In this document: positions 1 to 13,764 of the stretch, in pieces
Position numbering within the stretch: position 1 is the stretch's first letter
Layout of the letters: every line of letters begins with the position of its first letter
Assembly: GCA_030141605.1 (NCBI GenBank)
Contig: JAQGDQ010001195.1
Coordinates: forward strand, 1 to 56,093
Origin: Tubiluchus corallicola
Lineage: Eukaryota; Animalia; Priapulida
Direction: 5' to 3'
Length of the DNA stretch: 56,093 nt
Translations under genes and position numbers: made by a program
Notes under the pieces: model-generated
Told to the model about the DNA's origin: nothing
The model's input: the letters and a program-made list of their open reading frames with translations, nothing else
The model's database searches: none

Positions 1-208
1 CCGGGTCTTTTATGAACCATGTATAATATATTCTGCAATGTGTATACGGAAAATCATTAGAAATATATTTTCTCAGGGTTACTGGCCCACATTCAGTTCA
101 CAAACCCATCATTTTAGCAAAGCTACTATTAAAATAGTTAACATGAGTCGCACGTTTCTTTTGAAGTTCACTCGTGCGCAGTCTATGGAGCTGGTGACAG
201 GTGACACC

Positions 209-242
<34 letters not shown>

Positions 243-385
243 CAGTTTTGCTGGTTATTAAATTATTTACGAGTTATGAACGAATTTCAGACCAAGTTTT
301 TAGAGGTGCAATCGTAGGCCTACATTCACTGACGCGCGATTCGTCGCCTCTAGACGCACGCTTGAAGCGATTTTGCTTAATTTAA

Positions 386-834
386 CCCTTTCATACCCGT
401 TGTATCCCGTGGGATACGAGAATATTTTCTGCCTTTAAAATTAATAAAATTTTAAAACTGACAGTTATTTGATCTGTTAATAGTTATTTTGATTTAAGCC
501 AATAACAATAGACTAAAAATAGTGATAAAATGGCAAACTAGAAAATCTACATAGCATAAAAAACTGAGCAAGGTACAGTACTTTAGAGATGACTTTGTAC
601 ATATCAGCATAGCATGCATACTAAATGTCTTAAATACTTTAAAAAATTATCAGCAATTGCCAAATGAAGCACATTTTATGCTTCCGCTGAGTCCCGTGGG
701 ATACAGGCTATATTTAGCACGCGGGCACAGGTAGAAAAAATAATTATTATCTGTAAACAAGATGGACATACTGAACAAAAGTACAAAGCAAAAAAATATT
801 TTTCTTATTAAAAAATATTTTGGGATTGAAAGGG
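386..834. mobile_element. piggyBac-like non-autonomous element (MITE)
   Basis: TTAA|CCCTTTCA ... TGAAAGGG|TTAA termini with TTAA on both sides; near-identical inverted copy at 10599-11055. Confidence 0.8.
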
Positions 835-1189
835 TTAAAAGCCTGAAATTGGGCGCGCGTGAAGCGGTCATGGTCCCCCGCACGTAAGCAGAAGGTTACG
901 GACTGTGACATGCGCTGAATGTGTTACGTTTAAGAGTGTGACAAAGCTTACATCGTTACAGTTTGATCTCCACTGTTGCCGTAAACAGAGAAATGCAAAA
1001 ATTAATCATTTCGGTAAGAAATATTTCTAATTCAATTACTGGCGTTAGTGAAATTCTGTAATGCTGTTTTAGTAACAGTTTATTAATTATATAATTAATT
1101 AACACAATTGTTGAAGCTTAGTTACAGTTAGTTACTAGAATTACGATGATTAATTATATACTGTGATTACCTATTAATTAGAAGTTAGA

Positions 1190-2110
1190 CGTTATAACAG
1201 TGAATAAAGTGACTTGTAGAAATTATTGCAGTGAATAACGTTACTTGTAGAAATTATAACAGAGAATAACGTTACTTGTAGAAGTTATAACAAAGAACAA
1301 CGTGACTTGTAGAAATTATAACAGAGAATAACGTGACTTGTAGAAGTCATAATAGAGAATAACGTGACTTGTAGAAGTTATAATAGAGAATAACGTGACT
1401 TGTAGAAGTTATAATAGAGAATAACGTGACTTGTAGACGTCATAATAGAGAATAACGTGACTTGTAGAAGTTATAATAGGAAACAATCGTGAGTTGTACA
1501 AGTTAGAATAGGGAACAAACGTTACCTGTAGAAGTTATAAAGAGAATAACTGACCTGTAGGACTTATAATAAAGAATAAGAGAATAAAGCGATTTATAGA
1601 AGTTACAATAGGGAATAACGTGACTTGTAGAAGTTATAACAGAGAATAACGTGACTTGTAGAAGTTATAACAAAGAACAACATGACTTTTAGAAGTTATA
1701 ACCGACAATAACGTGACTTGTAGAAGTTATAATAGAGAATAACGTGACTTGTAGAAGTTATAATAGAGAATAACGTGACTTGTAGAAGTTATAACAGAGA
1801 ATAACATGGCTTGTAGACGTCATAATAGAGAATAACGTGACTTGTAGAAGTTATAATAGGAAACAATCGTGAGTTGTACAAGTTAGAATAGGGAACAAAC
1901 GTTACCTGTAGAAGTTATAAAGAGAATAACTGACCTGTAGGACTTATAATAAAGAATAAGAGAATAAAGCGATTTATAGAAGTTACAATAGGGAATAACG
2001 TGACTTGTAGAAGTTATAACAGAGAATAACGTGACTTGTAGAAGTTATAACAAAGAACAACATGACTTTTAGAAGTTATAACCGACAATAACTTGATTTT
2101 TATCAGAGAG
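1190..2110. repeat. 31-bp minisatellite (AACGTGACTTGTAGAAGTTATAATAGAGAAT) with a 380-bp higher-order duplication
   Basis: Units start at 1361 and 1392; variant blocks recur 380 bp apart (aaacaatcgt at 1481 and 1861; ttgtagacgtcat at 1431 and 1811). Confidence 0.9.
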
Positions 2111-2269
2111 AACAACGTGGCTTCTAGAACAATTGCAGGCATAGTTGTGATAAGAATGATTCTTGTCCTTACTAAGTAACGAAAAACACAGACTATATAC
2201 ATGTAGGCGTTCTATGTAATATAATAAATGTATTTCCTTTTTTACCAAACATTTGAGAACCTTTACTAC

Positions 2270-2781
<512 letters not shown>

Positions 2782-3234
2782 CAGTACTAAAACACTAGTG
2801 GCTACATTTTAAAATCCTAGGTTAATGGGAACCAATATTACAATTCTAAATAATATATGTTGAGTTATTCTCATATAATTTTACACATCTCAAGTGGAAT
2901 GATAACTGTGCATATTTCCTGTGATACATAACAGCTTAATTGTGTTATGACACTATAATTTTATTATGACTCTATAACGTGTAATTTGTACATGCAAATT
3001 TCGTGGGTAAGCATGCAACAACCATTAGGTATTTTTTACTCAACAAAGCCATTCTATCTGCTGAATTTAGACGAATTTTCACGACGCTTAAACAGGGCCG
3101 TTGCGAAGAAGTGCAGGGCCAAATTAGAAAATTGTCTGTGGTGCCCTCTACCGTACAAAAGTTCAAAAATCGATGTCGTACGCTTTCCGGAAATATTCAA
3201 TTATCTCAGCCAGGAACAAGTAACAATCAGAAGT

Positions 3235-3397
3235 ATAATATAATATATAATAATATAATATAATATAATATAATGTAATGTAATGTAACGTAACGTAATG
3301 TAATGTAATGTAATGTAATGTAATGTAATGTAATGTAATGTAATATAATATAATATAATATAATATAATATAATATAATATAATATAATATAATATA

Positions 3398-3480
<83 letters not shown>

Positions 3481-3715
3481 ATTAATATAATTAATTAATT
3501 AATTAATATAATATAATATAATATAATATAATATAATATAATATAATATAATATAATATAATATAATATAATATAATATAATATAATATAATATAATATA
3601 ATATAATATAATATAATATAATATAATATAATATAATATAATATAATATAATATAATATAATATAATATAATATAATATAATATAATATAATATAATATA
3701 ATATAATATAATATA
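3235..3715. repeat. Compound microsatellite (TAATA)n/(TAATG)n/(TA)n
   Basis: Directly visible. Confidence 0.97.
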
Positions 3716-4132
3716 TTCGTAGCTTTAATTCTGAATGGAACCAAAGGAAAAGCTAGTTTTGTGGCTGTGAAGTAAAAATGCGTTGCTGTCCTAATACTAA
3801 TACTAATTATAGTAATTAATAATAGTAATAATAATAATAATAATAATAATTGTTGCTGTCCTTCCCATGTTTGCTGTTTGGAGGTCATGTAACGTTTCAG
3901 AAAGTAATTTTCTGAAGCAGCACCCCCTGTAATTTTAGCTACGAACCGCCCCTTGCTTCATGTAGTTTGCCAGTCCCAGCTAAAAAGCTGTTGAGGGCTT
4001 GAGGCTCTGCCGTTACCGGCAGTGAAGTGTAGTAGTAATTTGAAAACTGTGCCAAATATTTAACGTTTTATTACAAGTCAAGTTACCTACTGACATACTG
4101 CATGATGTAGTTGTAGGTTGTTATTTACAGTC

Positions 4133-4203
4133 GGTGATAATAGCTCTTTGAGCTAATGTTAATTGTTGACCCAAAAGCCGACTTTAAATAAAGATTATTA
4201 TTA

Positions 4204-4240
<37 letters not shown>

Positions 4241-4263
4241 TATTGTTGTTATTATTATTATTA

Positions 4264-4314
<51 letters not shown>

Positions 4315-4360
4315 CATTATTATTATTATTATTTTATTATCATTATTATTATTAATATTA
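4133..4360 (+). mobile_element. 3' fragment of the SINE family at 43028 with an expanded (ATT)n tail
   Basis: gataatagctctttgagctaatgttaattgttgacccaaaagc.gactttaaataaagattattatt is shared with 43210-43280. Confidence 0.7.
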
Positions 4361-4414
4361 TTAATAAGAATAGAAAGCATAGAAATAGAAATAGCATAAT
4401 AGAAATAAGAATAA

Positions 4415-4857
4415 GCATAGAAATAAACCCGAGTTTGTAAATTACTTGACTTTTCCATTAAAATTAATGCAGTTTTACTTACAACTTTGCAACTGAATGG
4501 TAAAGTGAGCACTTTATACAAAATTGTATCTAATTCACGCTGATTATTTACAACTAAGGCATAGAAACAAGCCTAAGTTTGTAAATTACTTGATTTTTCC
4601 ATTAAAATTAATGCAATTTTACTTACAACTTTGCAACTGAATGGTAAAGTTAGTACTTTATCCAAAACTGTATCTAATTCACACTGATTATTTACAACTA
4701 AGGCATAGAAATAAGCCTAAGTTTGTAAATTACTTGCCTTTTCCTTTAAAATTAATGCAATTTTACTTACAAGTTTGCAACTGAATGGTAAAGTTGGTAC
4801 TTTATCCAAAATTGTATCTAATTCACACTGATTTTTTTTAAACTAAGGCATAGAAAA
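4415..4857. repeat. Three tandem copies of a ~144-bp unit
   Basis: gcatagaaa recurs at 4415, 4559, 4703 and 4848 with matching intervening sequence. Confidence 0.85.
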
Positions 4858-5597
4858 TTGAATCAAATTGCTATAACAAACCTTCTGAGTTTACAGTATT
4901 ATAGAACAATTCTGAGTCGCCGCCTTACTCAACCATATTTTGACAAAACCCCATGGATTTGAATAGTGGCGTATCTAATGGGGGAGGAAAGGGCGCAACC
5001 CCTCCCCCGAACTCATTTTTCAAAATTGGCACCGCTACAGCAATTTTTAGTTCATTTGTGAAGTTGCTGAAGGATCCTTTAGTCTCGGTTCAATTCATTC
5101 ATAAATGGATAAAGTCCTACATTCACTTTACAATGGGCGAGGATAGGATTGTGTGGGTTAGCTTTGCCGTCCATTGAAAGAAAGTTGACTATGGAGATGG
5201 ATTATAATGAAGTTTTAACGGAAGTGGTGCTGACAAGCCACTGGCGTAGCAGTGTCTAGTTTTTTGCTGGATTACTCTGTGTTTACCTGTCTGAAGGCAG
5301 ATTTCTTTTATTTTAGAATTCTGCTTGCCCAATGTCTACAATAGACGTGACGGGCGTATGATGATGATGATGATGACGACGACGACGACGACGACGACGA
5401 TGATGATGATGATGATGATAAAGTTGCAAATTACTTTGCTAGAATGAAGCCTAGATGAAAGAGACCGTTATAGTTCCTTCATGATACATTTTCCCTAATG
5501 CTTCGTTTTTTTCATTTCACATTTAGAAGCAAAATAATTAATCAACATACTTCTTTCCATTATGTTTCGAGTTTTATGATACTGTTTTAATTTTAAA

Positions 5598-5980
5598 CTA
5601 GCAAAAGCCCTGCAAAAAATTTTGCATATAAATACACGTATAATCAAAAATACGCAAACATCCTACATAGTCTGCAGTTATAACGCAAAGCCAGCAGTAG
5701 CAGCTTTTACTGAATTAAAGTTATAGAAAGAGTATAATGGATGACGTCACAACAATGGCTTTGCGTCAGCAGTTTTCCAAGCGAAAATTGCCGAAAATAG
5801 ACCATGTAATTAACTCGTCGTCACTCCTCTTGGTGGACGTGTCCTAAAATATAACCCACATCATCAGGTAGCCCTGTTCCTGCTCTTTCTAAAGAGCCGT
5901 ATATCTCCTTCCGAGAGTCCCACCAGGCGCCGCTAGAACGTTGTTTCCGCAGGCTGTTTGGAAAAAAATTTCGAAAAATT
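5598..5980 (-). mobile_element. Non-autonomous Helitron, 3' half
   Basis: Reverse complement of the 3' half of 6110-6907; CTAG terminus at 5598 with an adjacent tgcaaaa/ttttgca hairpin. Confidence 0.75.
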
Positions 5981-6109
5981 GTTTAGTGTGGTCACGGAGC
6001 CTTTTTTATGTGCTTGCCCCCCCCGAACTTTAGAACTTCCCCTTGCACTTGAGAGCCTAATTAACAAAAAAAACACAATACAAACATTAAGACAATAGCT
6101 GCGCTAATA

Positions 6110-6907
6110 TCTATACTCTTATATTAATATTCTTGGTATGGGCTTTATATATATATATAAGATTCGAGGCTACAGCCCGAACGAGGGCACCATTTGCGGC
6201 GATCTATACATCAAACGAAAGGTCTCGATCTAGTGTCGTCTCATTGGGGGTTTATTTTTCGAATCGGGCCCACCGGGACGAACGGGGGGCGAAAAACCTC
6301 CAAAAATGGCCATTTTTCGGCCGTTTTTTGCAAAAGTTATACGGCTGAGATGTAGAGAACGGGAACGGCCCGAGGGGGGTACTGGGTATGGATAGATAGC
6401 CCGTTCAGCGGTGGGTGTAGTAGGCATATTTAGAATTCCCGAGAGGGCTACGGGGTCCCGCAACGGGCGTTTTCCCGGACCCAACTCGCGATTTTTTCGA
6501 AATTTTGACCAAACAGCCTGCGGGAAAAACGTTCTAGCGTCGCCCGGTGGGACTCTCAGAAGGAGATATGGGGCTCATTACAAAGAGGAAGAACGGGGCT
6601 ACACGATGATGTGGGCTATATGTTAGGGCAGGTCCACCGAGAGAAGTATCGACCAGTTAATTAGGAGTTCTATTTTCGGCAATTTTCGCTTAGAAAATTG
6701 CTGACGCAATGCCATTGTTGTGACGTAATCCATTATACTCTGCTTGTACTTTAATTCAGCAAAAAAATGCAGGCTTTGCGTTAGTTAAACAAACAGTAGG
6801 CATGATGTTACGGGCTTTGTGTTATAAATGAGGACTAGGTAGGATGTTCGCGTATTATTGATTACACGTGGTTTTTTACGCAAAATCTTTTGCGGGGCCT
6901 TTGCTAG
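6110..6907 (+). mobile_element. Non-autonomous Helitron, full length (~800 bp)
   Basis: A|TCTATACTCTTATATT 5' end; subterminal hairpin CGCAAAA..TTTTGCG about 10 nt before CTAG|T; no TIR and no TSD. Confidence 0.85.
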
Positions 6908-6933
6908 TCTCTTATATTAATATTCTTGGTATC

Positions 6934-6967
<34 letters not shown>

Positions 6968-7742
6968 ATTCGAGGCTACAGCTCCGACGAGGGCACCATT
7001 TGCGGCGATCTATACATCAAACGAAAGGTCTCGATCTAGTGTCGTGCCATTGATGGTTTATTTTTCGAATTGGGCCCACCGGGACGAACGGGGGGCGAAA
7101 AACCCCCCAAAATAGCCCTTTTTCGGGCGTTTTTTGCAAAAAATTGCAAAAGTTATACGGCCGAGATGTAGATAACGGGAACAGGCCGAAGGGGGTGCTG
7201 GGTATGGATAGATAGCCCGTTCAGCGGTGGGTGTAGTAGGCATATTTAGAATTCCCGAGAGGGCCACGGCGTCCCGCAACGGGCGTTTTCCCGGACCCAA
7301 CTCGCGATTTTTTCGAAATTTTGACCAAACAGCCTGCGGGAAAAACGTTCTAGCGGCGCCCGGTGGGACTCTCGGGAGGAGATTTATAGCTCTTTACAAA
7401 GAAGAAGGACAGGGCTACACGATGATGTGGGTTATATTTTAGGGCAGGTCCACCGAGAGGAGTACCGACGAGTTAATTAGCTGTTCTATTTTCGGCGATT
7501 TTCGCTTAGAAAACTGTTGTGACGAATTCCATTGTGCTGACGTCATCCATTGTACTCTGCTGTAATCTTATAACTTTAATTCAGCAAAAAGCTGCCTGCT
7601 ACGGGTTTGCGTTAGATAAACAGACATACAGTAGACAGGATGTTACGGGCTTTGTGTTATAAATGAGGACTGTGTAGGATGTTCGCGTGTTATTGATTAT
7701 ACGTGGTTTTTTACGCAAAATCTTTTGCGGGGCCTTTGCTAG
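6908..7742 (+). mobile_element. Non-autonomous Helitron, head-to-tail with the previous copy
   Basis: Junction CTAG|TCTCTTATATT; ends cgcaaaatcttttgcggggcctttgCTAG|T. Confidence 0.85.
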
Positions 7743-7761
7743 TAAGTAATTAATTAGCTAA

Positions 7762-8748
7762 CTAGCCAAACCTCACAAAAAGAATTTTGTGCACAAATCA
7801 ACACACAACCCACACCACACCACTCCACCTCATCGCACCACACTGCACCACACAATACCACCACACCGCACCGCACCACACCATACCACCTACACACCAC
7901 ACCACCCACACCATACCACTCCACCACATCACATCACACTGCACCACACCATACCACTGCACCACACCACAAAAGATTTTGCGTATAAATACACATGTAA
8001 TCAATAATACGAGAACATCCTACCTAGTCCTCATGTATAACGCAAAGCCCGTAACATCATGCCAACTGTTTGTTTAAGTAACGCAAAGCCTGTAGCTTTT
8101 TGCTGAATTAAAGTTATAAGCAGCGTAGAGTACAATGGATGACGTCACAACAATGCCTTTGCATCAGCAGTTTTCTAAGCGAAAATTGCCAAAAATAGAA
8201 CATCTAATTAACTCGCCAGTACTCCTCTCGGTGGACATGCCCTAAAATGTAGCCTACATCATCCTGTAGCCCCGTTCTTCCTCTTTCTAAAGAGCTATAT
8301 ATCTCATTCCGAGAGTCCCACCAGGCGCCGCTAGAACGTTTTTTCTGCAGGCTGTTTGGCCAAAATTTCGAAAAAATCGCGAGTTAGATCCAGGAAAACG
8401 CCTGTTGCGGGGCACCGTGGCCCTTTCGCGAATTCTAAATAGGCCTATGACACCCATCGCTGAACGGGCTATCTATCCGTACCCAGAACCCCCCTCGGCG
8501 CATTCCCGTTCTCTACATCTCAGCCGTATAACTTTTGCAAAAAACGGCCGAAAAATGGCCATTTTTGGAGGTTTTTCGCCCCCGTTCCTCCCGGTGGGCC
8601 CAATTCGAAAAATAAACCATCAATGAGACGACACTGGATCGAGACCTTTCGTTTGATGTATAGATCGCCGCAAATGGTGCAGTCGTCGGAGCTGTAGTCT
8701 CGAACCTTATATATTAAGATACCAAGAATATTAATATAAGAGAATAGA
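7762..8748 (-). mobile_element. Non-autonomous Helitron, inverted, with a CA-rich simple repeat in its 3' end
   Basis: 5' end A|TCTATTCTCTTATATT on the minus strand at 8748; CTAG at 7762; hairpin-like motifs at ~7775 and ~7968 separated by a CACAC/CACCA repeat. Confidence 0.8.
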
Positions 8749-9699
8749 TTAGTCAAAATTTTTGTTTAATCTTTAGGTATATATAATGACACCTTTACTT
8801 TTAATTGTTGAAATATTGCATTTTTTTCAGATAGCTTTAGTGCTAAGTTTCTGTGCTTGCACACTTCCTGTAAAAATTCGGGAAAGGAATAATCCCAGTT
8901 TCGTGGGATATGAAAGACGCAGAAGGGAAAATAAAGGTAAGGGGAGGGGGGGTGTAAATGTGAGACGTGAAGCACAAGAAAACCCTTCATAAACATCAAG
9001 CTTAAAAAATTCGTTTTGAAATTTTATATCACTTACATACTGCCTTTTTGCGTGCAGGACTTCAATCGGCAGTAGCGCTGTATAAAACATGTAAATTTAA
9101 ACTCCCGCAATGACCGTTAGGCGCAGCCATTTTATTATATTCTATATCGTTATGTATTGAAGTTGGCAGTCATATGGCTACTGCTACTGCAATAAGCTTC
9201 TTCACAGTTCCAGGATTGATAATGATCGTGAAAAGATCAAAGGTCAAAAGGTCAAAAGCAGACAACACATTTATGTACACTTGACAACGCCTCGCAGCCC
9301 ATGCTGCTGTAATAATAACAGTGTTAACAGCTAGCTGGAACCTTACCTAGTTTATTTTTTGTTGCCAAGCAGTAAAAATGAAGCGAGTTTATTGGAGTTT
9401 GTAGCTGTTGTTGGTGTATTGCTCGTGACGCATTGCGATGTGAACAGCCAAGAGGGCACGCCAAACTCACAGGTCTTTATTTAACCTGCAGCAACCTACA
9501 CTTAACCTTTGACCTGCAGCAAATTCAACAATATGGGAAATCTTCAACAAACTAAGATAACAAACAGATAGTTTCAAATTGCGTTTCAACACTACTACGG
9601 ACTTCTTTAAGATGGTCACGCAGTCAAAAAAAGTAGTTCTAAAATTGTGAATTTTCTGAACAAGAAGAACATTCAGACAACACAATAATGAATTAATGA

Positions 9700-10190
9700 C
9701 ATAAATGATGAATTAAAAACTGTTCAGCTAATTCAAAAATTTAAAAAGAAATACAGAGCAATGATTCTCAACAAGTACAACACTTCCTAATTTCCCACAC
9801 CTACTGCAGCAGTCATACCACAATCCTGGTACAGATTATGCAAAACAAGGCATCATTGATAAATCTTTAGAGCTCATGTCAGCATAGCGCAATCTATTAT
9901 CTTTTCTTCCTACCATTTCCACTAACACATACTTCTACCCTTCCTGTGTGATCTAACCTTTCTACCAGTTCTTTTTTTTGTTCACTCATCCATTCTTTTT
10001 TTATCGGGTTCACATGACAGTGGGCTTATACAAGCCTTTGCTTCTCTAGCCCACTGCAATACAATTATTCTTCTATGATAACGATAGTGTATGAAACGTA
10101 ACAATTTAATATAGTAGATGTAATAATTTTGATGTCACTGTGTGCTTTATATTGTACTGAATGTGATAATAATAATAAATAAAAAAATAT
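9700..10190 (+). mobile_element. Interspersed repeat, probably a LINE 3' end
   Basis: 9803-9898 matches 29971-30050; ends in aataaataaaaaaa. Confidence 0.45.
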
Positions 10191-10267
10191 AAAAAACTGC
10201 GCGTGCGCACAACGAAAGTGTGAAAATGCTTATATCGTCTTAAATTTTCTGTTCTTCTTTTTCGCAG

Positions 10268-10540
10268 GTTATAGTGTGGTTAGCACGAAGGTTTTACCGC
10301 CTAGAAGACTGGTTCAAAACGGCGTCGCACCAGCAGCACGTGATTCTCACTCACATCACCACGAACAGCCGTTGTCGTACGGCAGCCATCAGCGGAAGTA
10401 CTCCCCGGCAAAAATACTCGCGAAAAGAGATAACCGCCATAGACTTGGGCAGACTATATTTCGTCATCAGCGCTCCCTGTTGAGAAAAGATGAAAACAAA
10501 CGGGACAACATTCTAGATACACAGAGCGTGTTGGCAGATG
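10268..10540 (+). CDS. Pentraxin-domain gene, putative pro-region exon (phase 1-1)
   Basis: Strong acceptor ttcttctttttcgcag, donor G|GTAACT, open 273-nt frame (YSVVSTKVLPPRR...TQSVLAD) with KR and RHQR sites; phase fits the exon at 14985. Confidence 0.55.
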
Positions 10541-10598
10541 GTAACTATATAGTATTATTCAAACACGTTTTGATAGCACGACCTACTACTTTAATTAA

Positions 10599-11055
10599 CC
10601 CTTTCAGTCCCAAATTATTTTTTTATTAAGATAAATTTTTTTTGGCTTGGTACTTTTGTTCAGTATGTCCATCTTGTTTACATATAATAATTATTTTTCT
10701 ACCTGTGCCCGCGTGCTAAATATAGCCTGTATCCCACGGCATACATTGGGATTCAATGGAAGCATAAAATGTGCTTCATTTTGCAACTGCTGATAATTTT
10801 TTAAAGTATTTAAGACATTTAGTATGCATGCTATGCTGATCTGTACAAAGTCATCTCTAAAGTACTGTACCTTGCGCAGTTTTTTAAGCCATGTAAATTT
10901 TCTAGTTTACCATTTTATCACCATTTTAGTCTATTGTTATTGGCTTAAATCAAAACAACTATTAACAGATCAAATAACTGTCAGTTTTAAAATTTATTAA
11001 TTTTAAAGGCAGAAAATGTTCTCGTATTCCACGGGATACAACGGGTATGAAAGGG
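10599..11055. mobile_element. piggyBac-like MITE, inverted copy of 386-834
   Basis: TTAA|CCCTTTCA ... TGAAAGGG|TTAA. Confidence 0.8.
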
Positions 11056-11675
11056 TTAAAGGAAAACAGTACAAATTTTCATATGCTACCCCATTTTGCA
11101 GTACAGTAGAAAGTATCTCTTATCACCTATTGATGTCAAAGTGTTTCTGATAATTAAATAATAGGTTGAAAACTCATGTAACGACCGTGTGCCCAGCTGG
11201 TGATGACATCACAAACGAACATAATTTTCAACAACACAAACATTCGTTGAGCGAGTCGTGCGTGTTTGGGAAAGCAAAAATTAAGGTACCGTGTTATTGC
11301 ACAACATTCAGTGTGATGCGACAGATTTTAAATTTAAAATTAAAATTTCAACTTTACCGCTGTGCTCACGCATGAGCTAGAGAAGGTGTGCACTACGTCA
11401 CAACTGAACAATAACTGAACGAAAACGTCTGTCTTATGTTCAAAGCGTTTTCGAGATGTGTGTCTGTTCCCTTCGATATTTCATAGGTTAAATTGTTTTG
11501 GTATAGTATAATATATATAATATAACCTAATACATTATATTTTATAGTGTAAGATTTGATCTGGTTTTCCTTTAGGTTTTCACATAGAAGCTAAAGATGT
11601 AGTATAGTAGAATAGACATGCAGAGAAAAAGTAAAACCATAGCTAGGTGTTTGAAACAGAGTTAAAGGAATAGAT

Positions 11676-12127
11676 CAGGGGTGTGCAAATTATCCGGGCC
11701 ACATTAAACTTTCCCGCAATTCCTGCAGGCCACAGGCAGTTTGTTTAAGGAGCCAAGTACAGAAATGCCTAATAACGATTTTTTTGCATCCGACCTGCGT
11801 ACATCATTACTACTACACTCAAGAAACTATTTTAGAAGTTATTAAAATTTATATTATAAACCATATATTTCTACTTTCAGGACAGATAGTGGTAATTTCA
11901 TTACAATGCACATTAGTAATGTGTATCACACAGTCTGTGTAGTACAGTGACATTAAGCTACAACCGTCTTGTAAGGGTTAATGGCATCCGATCTAGTAGA
12001 AAAAACTACCCGCACTATCTTTGGGATCGTGGCACAGACTTCAGCTGGATACACTCAATTAATCGCCCTGGCTGCACTTTCATTAGGTTGACAAATCTCT
12101 TCGCGGGCCGCAATTTGCACACCCCTG
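11676..12127. mobile_element. hAT-like MITE
   Basis: TIR CAGGGGTGTGCAAATT / AATTTGCACACCCCTG; 8-bp TSD gaatagat/gaatagag; inverted copy at 51333. Confidence 0.85.
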
Positions 12128-13076
12128 GAATAGAGCTACTTTGCACATTAAGAGAAGGCTGACTAGGGCCCATGGGTAAAGTTTCTATACGATTATAGAT
12201 CACTGTTATTTGTAGCATTGACTGCAATGCTGAAATTATTAAAGCAACACCGGACCCAATCTTAAACTGTAGGTCAAAATAAATCTACTCTCTGAAATAT
12301 TGAAAGGAAACCTACTATTTTTTCCAAAAATGACTTGCGAGAAAGAATTATTAACACACAAACACAATTTTCATGTTCACGCCACTTGCTCTTTGCTGTT
12401 ACATGCATTTCGCCATTCGTTAGTTAGATCTGCACTAACGCCTGCATTTCAGAAACGCATTGCACAAAAAACATATGCTGTACCTCTCAGTTCAGATGTG
12501 TTAGTTTGTGACGAACTACACACGTTCGACAGCTCATGCGTGAGCACAGCAGTAAATTTGAAATTTGAATTGTTATCTTAAAACTTGCCTAGTTTTGCTA
12601 CAATACACCGAATATCTTACAGTAGCACTGTATTTCAATTTTCGCTTTCACAAATTCAACAAACACGTGCAACACGCCCGTGGAATATTTTGCTGTTGAA
12701 AGTTATGTTGGTTTGTGATGTCACCAATAGTTGGGCTTACCCGCCGTTAATTAAGTTTTTAATTTATTGTTTAATCATCAGAAACGCTCTTGCTGTATTT
12801 ATTGTTTTAAATTTTATAGTTTTTACATGACTTGAAAATAGGGTAGTATACGAAAAATCATCCCGTCTTCCTTTAAAATCAGCCTTGTAGTGCAAAACCT
12901 AAATTGAAGAGGACTTTTTAATTTCTTACCAGTTCTAGACGAAATACCCAGATGTTCAGACATTCTTAACGAGAAAAGACACTTTTAAACGATGTTCCAA
13001 AAACCTTACCACTCACCATTACCTGTTACCTGTTACTTTTCATAATGCTTACCTGCTTCAAAGACTTATGTAATTA

Positions 13077-13764
13077 CAGTCATTTGCAAAAGTTTAAGAC
13101 CAAGCTCGAGTTTTCGGGTTTTTCATCATACTGTACCCTGATTGCATCAGATTCTTTGTTGATTGCATCATACTGCTAGTGGTTTGAAACAGTGACGTCT
13201 AGTGAGTATGAGTGACTTATTTGCCTGCCGCTATCCATACAGATCGGCCATTTTTGTATTTTCCTTGTGATCCAAAAAATGGGCAAAAAATCGTCATTGA
13301 GTGAGACTCAGAGGGTTCAGCTCCTTGTCACAAATCGAAGGTGACCACCAATTTCCTCAGAGAACAACATCGCCGTACTTGAATGGCCTGGAAACAGCCC
13401 GGACCTCAATCCGATAGAGAATTTCTGGGAGATACTGAAGGATAAGGTGGCAGACAGGCAGCCATCAAGTGCTGAAGACTTGCGAAGAGTTATCAAGGAC
13501 GTTTGGGTTAAAGAAATTACTTCCGAGTTGTGCCAAAACCTAATTTCCAGTATGCCTCTTAGAATGAAGGCAGTGATTGACAACTTCGGCGGCCATACAA
13601 AGTACTAAAATGTTCAAGGACTGTGACTATTTTTGGATAAAAACATACAAACTATGCTGTAGTATATGTTTCTAGAAGAATAAATGATGGAACCGTGTTA
13701 AACGATGGTTTTGTCAATTTTCATGAAAAAAATCACTTTGGTCTTAAACTTTTGTAAATGATTG
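13077..13764 (+). mobile_element. Tc1/mariner internal-deletion derivative with a transposase remnant
   Basis: TA|CAGTCATTTGCAAAAGTTTAAGACCA TIRs|TA; MGKKSSLSE at 13279 and LEWPGNSPDLNPIENFW...GGHTKY* at ~13378-13607, the Tc1 C-terminal signature. Confidence 0.92.

Noticed and set aside
6133-8756. Recurrent 70-85-aa ORFs (MGPGKRPL..., MGVVGIF...)
   Set aside because: They recur only because they lie in copies of the non-autonomous Helitron; no Rep or helicase motifs
9378-9472. Confident first (signal peptide) exon of the pentraxin gene
   Set aside because: The ATG frame stops after eight codons and the hydrophobic frame does not fit the phase of the next exon; left uncalled
11056-12877. Kolobok-like TTAA elements (ttaaagg...cctttaa), with partial similarity of 12250-12540 to 41660-41945
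   Set aside because: Repetitive, but termini are too degenerate and nested to assign boundaries or family
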